In this document: positions 61,890 through 64,000 of the stretch, piece by piece | Numbering within the stretch: the stretch's first letter is position 1 | How the letters are laid out: every line of letters begins with the position of its first letter | NCBI GenBank assembly: GCA_050951805.1 | Contig: JBMNJT010000002.1 | Location: forward strand, 288,001-352,000 | Direction of reading: 5' to 3' | Length of the DNA stretch: 64,000 nucleotides | Source: Bacillota bacterium | GTDB lineage: Bacteria > Bacillota > DTU025 | The notes under the pieces: generated by a model | The model's input: the letters and a program-made list of their open reading frames with translations, nothing else | What the model was told of the DNA's origin: nothing | Database searches by the model: none | Program-made: the position numbers and the translations under genes

Positions 61890-64000
61890 GTGGAATTGAG
61901 GACATGTCCTTGTTCATCGAATTACCTGGGCCAAGCGGTTGATGCCGTCAAGGCGGGCCGATTTGGAAGATTTGCGCTTGTTCTCCGGGGGTCGCAGGAA
62001 GCCGCGGGGGCTCGGCGAGCGATTCTTACGCAGGTAGACGCCGGGGCGGTTTTCGCCGTACCCGTCTACACCTTCGATCAACTGGCAACAGTCCTCATGC
62101 GTCGGCTCGATATTGAACCGAAGGGCAGTGTCAGCGAGATCCAACGTGAACTTTTGGTCTCGGCGGCGCTTGCTCAATGCAAGATCGCAGGCGAGTTGGG
62201 ACCGTTGGCACAGGGGGCGGAGAGGGATGGGGTGGCCCGATCCCTGGCAGAACTTTTCGCTGTGATGGACGGCGCTGGGCTCGATCCTGAAAGACTGGAA
62301 AAAGCTCTCATCACCGGCTCCGGCGGGGGGATGGAGATGGTCTCCAACTTTGGCCATGATGCCGTCGACAATCTCAGTCCGTGCATCGATTCGAACCGGA
62401 TCCCGAGTGCGCATGCTGCCGACGTTCTAAGCGTCTGGAGAAGGTATTGCGAGCTTCTTGATTTCACGGGCCGAGCTGAGCGAGGCCGCCTGTACTCCGC
62501 TATTGCCCAGTCTCTTCGCTCTGCCGAAGGCAGGAGCCGACATGGCCTTGAGTCTGTCCGAGTGGCCGGGTACGCGTGGATCGGGGGGCTGGAGGCGGTT
62601 CTCCTCTCTGCCCTGGCCGAGGCGAGCGTCGACGTCGAGATAGAGCTGCGTTGTCCACCAGGTCATGGCGGGTATGCTCTCGATGCCATGGAGGAGGCGG
62701 TGAGCCCTGCCCGAGTGGTCGGTGTGGAGCTTCCCGCTAGGCAGACGCCGCCGCGTCTCATTGCTGCTGCGGGGCCGAGGCGTGAGGCGTGTGCGGTTGC
62801 GCGGGAGATTAAAAGGCTCATAGTGGACGAAGGAGTCCGCCCTGCACAAGTATGTGTGGCGAGCGCGGATTCCGAGGGCTTTGTGCCCATGTTCCTTGAG
62901 GCCCTCGATGAATTCCAGGTGCCGGCCACTGTCTCGCGCAAACGTTTGATGATCGAGTCCAGCCTGGTACTGGACTGTCTTGAAGTCGCCCGGCTGCTCG
63001 GTGCGATCGGGCGCCCGTTCGATATTATGCCGCTTGTGGCCAGCCCCTACCTAGGGCTCGGTCCGCGCAGGGCCGGGCAGATTGCCCGCGCTATTAACCT
63101 CAAAGGATTGGAACTGCCCCTTGCAGGCTGGGAGGCAAAGCTCGAAAAATGTGATCCTTCGGGAGATTGCGATGGGCAGCGGTACGCGGCGCTTTTGGCG
63201 GAGGCTGCAGAGCAAGCTGAAGATGTGAGAAGGGCGAGCGGAAGCTCGGGACTGGCCGGTTATGTTGATGGCTTTAGGGCTGCCCTTGCGCGTTTGGGCA
63301 TGCCGGACCGGATCTTTGCGTTGCCTGGTGATCCAATGCTTGGGGCTGAAGAATGGATGGCATGGGCTACGTTCCATTCGTTGCTTTTGGAGATATCCAA
63401 TGCCCGGGATGTTTGGGATGCATCACGTGAACCGACTGCGAGTTCTATGGCCGGTTGGACCGATTTCTACTCCCTCCTTTCTTTCGCTGCAGGCAGAAGA
63501 TCGTTCGCCCTCAACAGGCCTTCGCCTAATGGGGTAGAGGTGATGGGCCTGGACCGCGCGGCTTCGTGTGATCGGGAGTTTTTGTTTGTATCAGGTTTGG
63601 GTGAGCAGATGCTGCCTCGGCGCAGGCGCAGGCCGTGGATGCTTCAGGAGAGCGATGTTCAGGCTTTGGTAAGGGCGGGCGTGTCCCTTGAGCCGATGGG
63701 CAACGGAGCAGAGGCCGACAGGCATGTATTCAACACGCTGGTGCACTCGCGAGCGGAGAGGATCTACTTGAGCTATGCTACGGCCAAGGAGGATGGTTCG
63801 CTGGCCCGACGCTCGTTCTTTGTAGACGAGCACCTGAGAAGCCTCGGCGTTTCAGATGCCGATGAGCACGAAATAACCCAGACGGTGCCTGCCAGTTCGG
63901 TTTTTCCCATGCGATGGGACGATGTGGCGAGCAAGCGGGAGGCGAGGATGAGGTCTCTTTGGAGTATGGGGCGGGCGAATGCTGCCGGGATGGGGTCGAT
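61890..64000 (+). CDS. addB: AddB/RexB-like helicase-nuclease subunit, running off the window end (absent from the ORF track)
   Basis: Manual translation from GTG 61890 gives YTFDQLA, REACAVAREIKRLIVDEGVRP, GVEVMG...FVSGLGEQMLP and ERIYLSY...SFFV, typical of the AddB degenerate helicase domains. Confidence 0.8.
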   Translation, partial: MELRTCPCSSNYLGQAVDAVKAGRFGRFALVLRGSQEAAGARRAILTQVDAGAVFAVPVYTFDQLATVLMRRLDIEPKGSVSEIQRELLVSAALAQCKIAGELGPLAQGAERDGVARSLAELFAVMDGAGLDPERLEKALITGSGGGMEMVSNFGHDAVDNLSPCIDSNRIPSAHAADVLSVWRRYCELLDFTGRAERGRLYSAIAQSLRSAEGRSRHGLESVRVAGYAWIGGLEAVLLSALAEASVDVEIELRCPPGHGGYALDAMEEAVSPARVVGVELPARQTPPRLIAAAGPRREACAVAREIKRLIVDEGVRPAQVCVASADSEGFVPMFLEALDEFQVPATVSRKRLMIESSLVLDCLEVARLLGAIGRPFDIMPLVASPYLGLGPRRAGQIARAINLKGLELPLAGWEAKLEKCDPSGDCDGQRYAALLAEAAEQAEDVRRASGSSGLAGYVDGFRAALARLGMPDRIFALPGDPMLGAEEWMAWATFHSLLLEISNARDVWDASREPTASSMAGWTDFYSLLSFAAGRRSFALNRPSPNGVEVMGLDRAASCDREFLFVSGLGEQMLPRRRRRPWMLQESDVQALVRAGVSLEPMGNGAEADRHVFNTLVHSRAERIYLSYATAKEDGSLARRSFFVDEHLRSLGVSDADEHEITQTVPASSVFPMRWDDVASKREARMRSLWSMGRANAAGMGS

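Noticed and set aside
61914-63833. Several short ORFs listed at the right end
   Set aside because: All are explained as alternative-frame or antisense shadows of the long addB-like frame starting at 61890.

Overview
A mostly core-genome window from a GC-rich, anaerobic, endospore-forming Bacillota bacterium. It carries spoIIE-tilS-ftsH and spore-coat-type genes, and a probable outer-membrane beta-barrel plus a CsgG-like protein suggest a diderm lineage. Contents in order: (1) a complete glycine cleavage system (gcvT-H-PA-PB, with divergent lpdA); (2) spoIIE, tilS, ftsH (no hpt) and a DASS transporter; (3) a histidine-utilisation/folate cluster (hutH, hutU, formiminotransferase, hutI, cyclodeaminase, folP, folB, birA, PAP2), split by an opposite-strand Fur-family regulator plus CbiMQO-type ECF metal transporter; (4) a half-ferritin protein with a Pro/Met/Cys repeat tail, divergent from a Cu+ ATPase that has a C-terminal CopZ-like domain; (5) a secreted protein with four PPC domains next to an IS630 relic; (6) a methylmalonyl-CoA mutase operon converging on a Na+-pumping decarboxylase operon, with a decayed MNT-HEPN toxin-antitoxin pair between them; (7) threonine aldolase, assorted enzymes, bioY, and an addB-like gene running off the right edge. 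I found no rRNA, tRNA, CRISPR array or intact mobile element. The best novelty candidates are the atypical Zur-like/ECF module inside the hut cluster (MSHLHIPDG N-terminus, His-rich loop) and a candidate attenuator leader before hutH with a preQ1-I-like hairpin overlapping a terminator. All family calls come from motif recognition by eye; no database searches were run.
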